UHGV virus genome: UHGV-0035288
Length of the DNA stretch: 44,443 nt
Source of the DNA: a virus
Direction: 5' to 3' (one strand)
Below are positions 43,391-44,443 of the stretch, piece after piece. The stretch's first letter is position 1. The number at the start of each line of letters is the position of its first letter. The position numbers and the translations under genes are program-made. Under the pieces are notes generated by a model. The model was not told the origin of the DNA. It ran no database searches and saw nothing but the letters and a program-made list of their open reading frames with translations.

Positions 43391-43710
43391 ATACTACATT
43401 CGAGGCCATTGATTTTTCGGTTGCAATGACTAACCAGTTATTCTCCTACGACAGCAAGACCGGCGTCATTCGCCTGAAGTCCACCGGATGTAAGATTGGC
43501 AACCTCAACACTGCCGATGGCGGCACGCGCATCGAATGCAACGGCAAGACGCTGTCTGGCGCACGCGTGGCGTGGATTATTGAGACTGGCAATACAATCC
43601 CTCCAGGCTATGCCGTAGTGTGCCGTCAACGCACACCAGGCCATTACGGCAACCGCATTAGTAACCTGTATCTGGTAGACGTTGCGCGCGACCCAAATTT
43701 TTATTCGTAA
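43387..43710 (+). CDS. HNH endonuclease
   Basis: 107 aa; ATGA coupling to MTase-like gene; ...CRQRTPGHYGNRISNLYLV matches His-Me finger H-N-SNL pattern of phage HNH proteins. Confidence 0.6.
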   Translation: MNTTFEAIDFSVAMTNQLFSYDSKTGVIRLKSTGCKIGNLNTADGGTRIECNGKTLSGARVAWIIETGNTIPPGYAVVCRQRTPGHYGNRISNLYLVDVARDPNFYS

Positions 43711-43715
43711 ATTGG

Positions 43716-43744
43716 TTGCATAATCATATTGGTTGCATTATATT
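43716..43744 (+). promoter_or_regulatory. sigma70-like promoter (TTGCAT-17-TATATT) built from two tandem ATTGGTTGCA motifs
   Basis: Motifs at 43712-43720 and 43729-43737; -35 at 43716-43721, -10 at 43739-43744. Confidence 0.55.
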
Positions 43745-43746
43745 GA

Positions 43747-43773
43747 GGGTGTCCGGTTGGGACGCCCTTTTTT
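43747..43773 (+). terminator. terminator-like hairpin immediately downstream of promoter
   Basis: GGGTGTCC-GGTT-GGACGCCC stem (one G-T wobble) followed by T6 (43768-43773). Confidence 0.5.
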
Positions 43774-43792
43774 AATACCTGGAGACAACACG

Positions 43793-44035
43793 ATGAGATC
43801 ATTATTTTTCGACTACGACGGCGACCTTCGATTTTGGGTGATACTCACCCTCATGTTTGCCGTTTGTATTTTCGTACCTACCGCGGCTATTTACTACTCG
43901 GAACGCTACGAATGCCGGACTGTGTACGCAGAGCAAACAGGTCGTAACACCCAATGGCGCTATGGTGTCTGCTGGGTTGAGATGGACGGCAAATTTATTC
44001 CTCGCGATGAGATTCGCACAACGGAGATTAAATAA
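43793..44035 (+). CDS. small membrane protein
   Basis: Track start 43733 precedes the promoter/terminator; ATG 43793 has GGAGA SD. 80 aa; hydrophobic helix FWVILTLMFAVCIFVPTAAIYY. Confidence 0.45.
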   Translation: MRSLFFDYDGDLRFWVILTLMFAVCIFVPTAAIYYSERYECRTVYAEQTGRNTQWRYGVCWVEMDGKFIPRDEIRTTEIK

Positions 44036-44443
44036 ATGAAAATTTTACAAGAAGAGAAGAATTACTGGGCAGCGCAATGCCTCGAAGCCCGCGAACAGGC
44101 CGAACGTGCGAACGCGTTGGCGGGCACCAACCAGGCGCTATATGAAGGAGAGAAGAAAGCGCGCCAGGAGCTAGCGGAGCGCTTCGGACTGCTATTCGAA
44201 TTGATGGGGATTATGCAGCGCACCGGATACACCACCAGCGTTGCACTAAACCGCATCACTGCCGAAGGGCTGCGCGATCATTGCAAACGTGCGGAGGAGT
44301 ACGTTCGTCCGAAGGGTCGCCAGTCTAAGATCGACAGGAAAGACCTTGTACTCATGGCGTGGCGCAACCCTACAAACGGCAGCATATACCCGAACGCGCG
44401 CCCGCTTAGTGCCGAGGAATCAAAGCGCGTGCAACGAATCATC
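44036..44443 (+). CDS. hypothetical protein, 3'-truncated at window end
   Basis: GGAGA SD then ATG 44036; open for 136 codons to the last base of the window with no stop. Confidence 0.45.
   Translation, partial: MKILQEEKNYWAAQCLEAREQAERANALAGTNQALYEGEKKARQELAERFGLLFELMGIMQRTGYTTSVALNRITAEGLRDHCKRAEEYVRPKGRQSKIDRKDLVLMAWRNPTNGSIYPNARPLSAEESKRVQRII

Noticed and set aside
1-44443. Integrase, attP, CI/Cro-type switch or other lysogeny functions
   Set aside because: No tyrosine or serine recombinase-like ORF and no divergent repressor pair were found; the genome encodes its own polymerase and primase-helicase, so a virulent lifestyle is more likely.

Overview
The window reads as an essentially complete, gene-dense genome (about 44.4 kb) of a tailed dsDNA phage with a lambda-like non-contractile tail and E. 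coli-type RBS/promoter/terminator grammar. All calls are from reading the sequence and ORF track by eye; no search or alignment was run, so family names are motif-based recollection. Layout: a rightward early/replication arm from 34.2 kb to the window end, apparently continuing through the window start to 2.4 kb (acidic repeat protein, DUF2800-like nuclease, DUF2815-like SSB, family-A DNA polymerase, VRR-NUC nuclease, SNF2 helicase, C5-MTase-like protein, HNH endonuclease, Dam-type MTase, HAD hydrolase). A long leftward block runs from 34.0 kb down to 2.4 kb (HTH regulator, primase-helicase, a translationally coupled small-gene operon, holins and endolysin, metallophosphoesterase, terminase small and large subunits, portal, head morphogenesis, Rz/Rz1 spanins, scaffold, major capsid, neck proteins, major tail, G/GT chaperones with a -1 frameshift, tape measure, M/L/K/I/J-like tail tip genes, tail fibers). 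Two rightward morons with their own promoter and terminator interrupt the structural block: a Cor/Llp-like lipoprotein at 4.2 kb and a 254-aa unknown at 20.3 kb. The most unusual non-coding content is two copies of a roughly 180-bp iteron-rich element (GTCCCGC repeats plus a conserved hairpin) 16.8 kb apart, and a recurrent ATTGGTTGCA motif in at least nine intergenic/promoter regions. No integrase, repressor switch, tRNA, rRNA, reverse transcriptase or CRISPR array was seen, consistent with a virulent phage that replicates with its own polymerase. The ORF track uses GTG/TTG as well as ATG starts, so several starts were moved to an internal ATG with a Shine-Dalgarno sequence.
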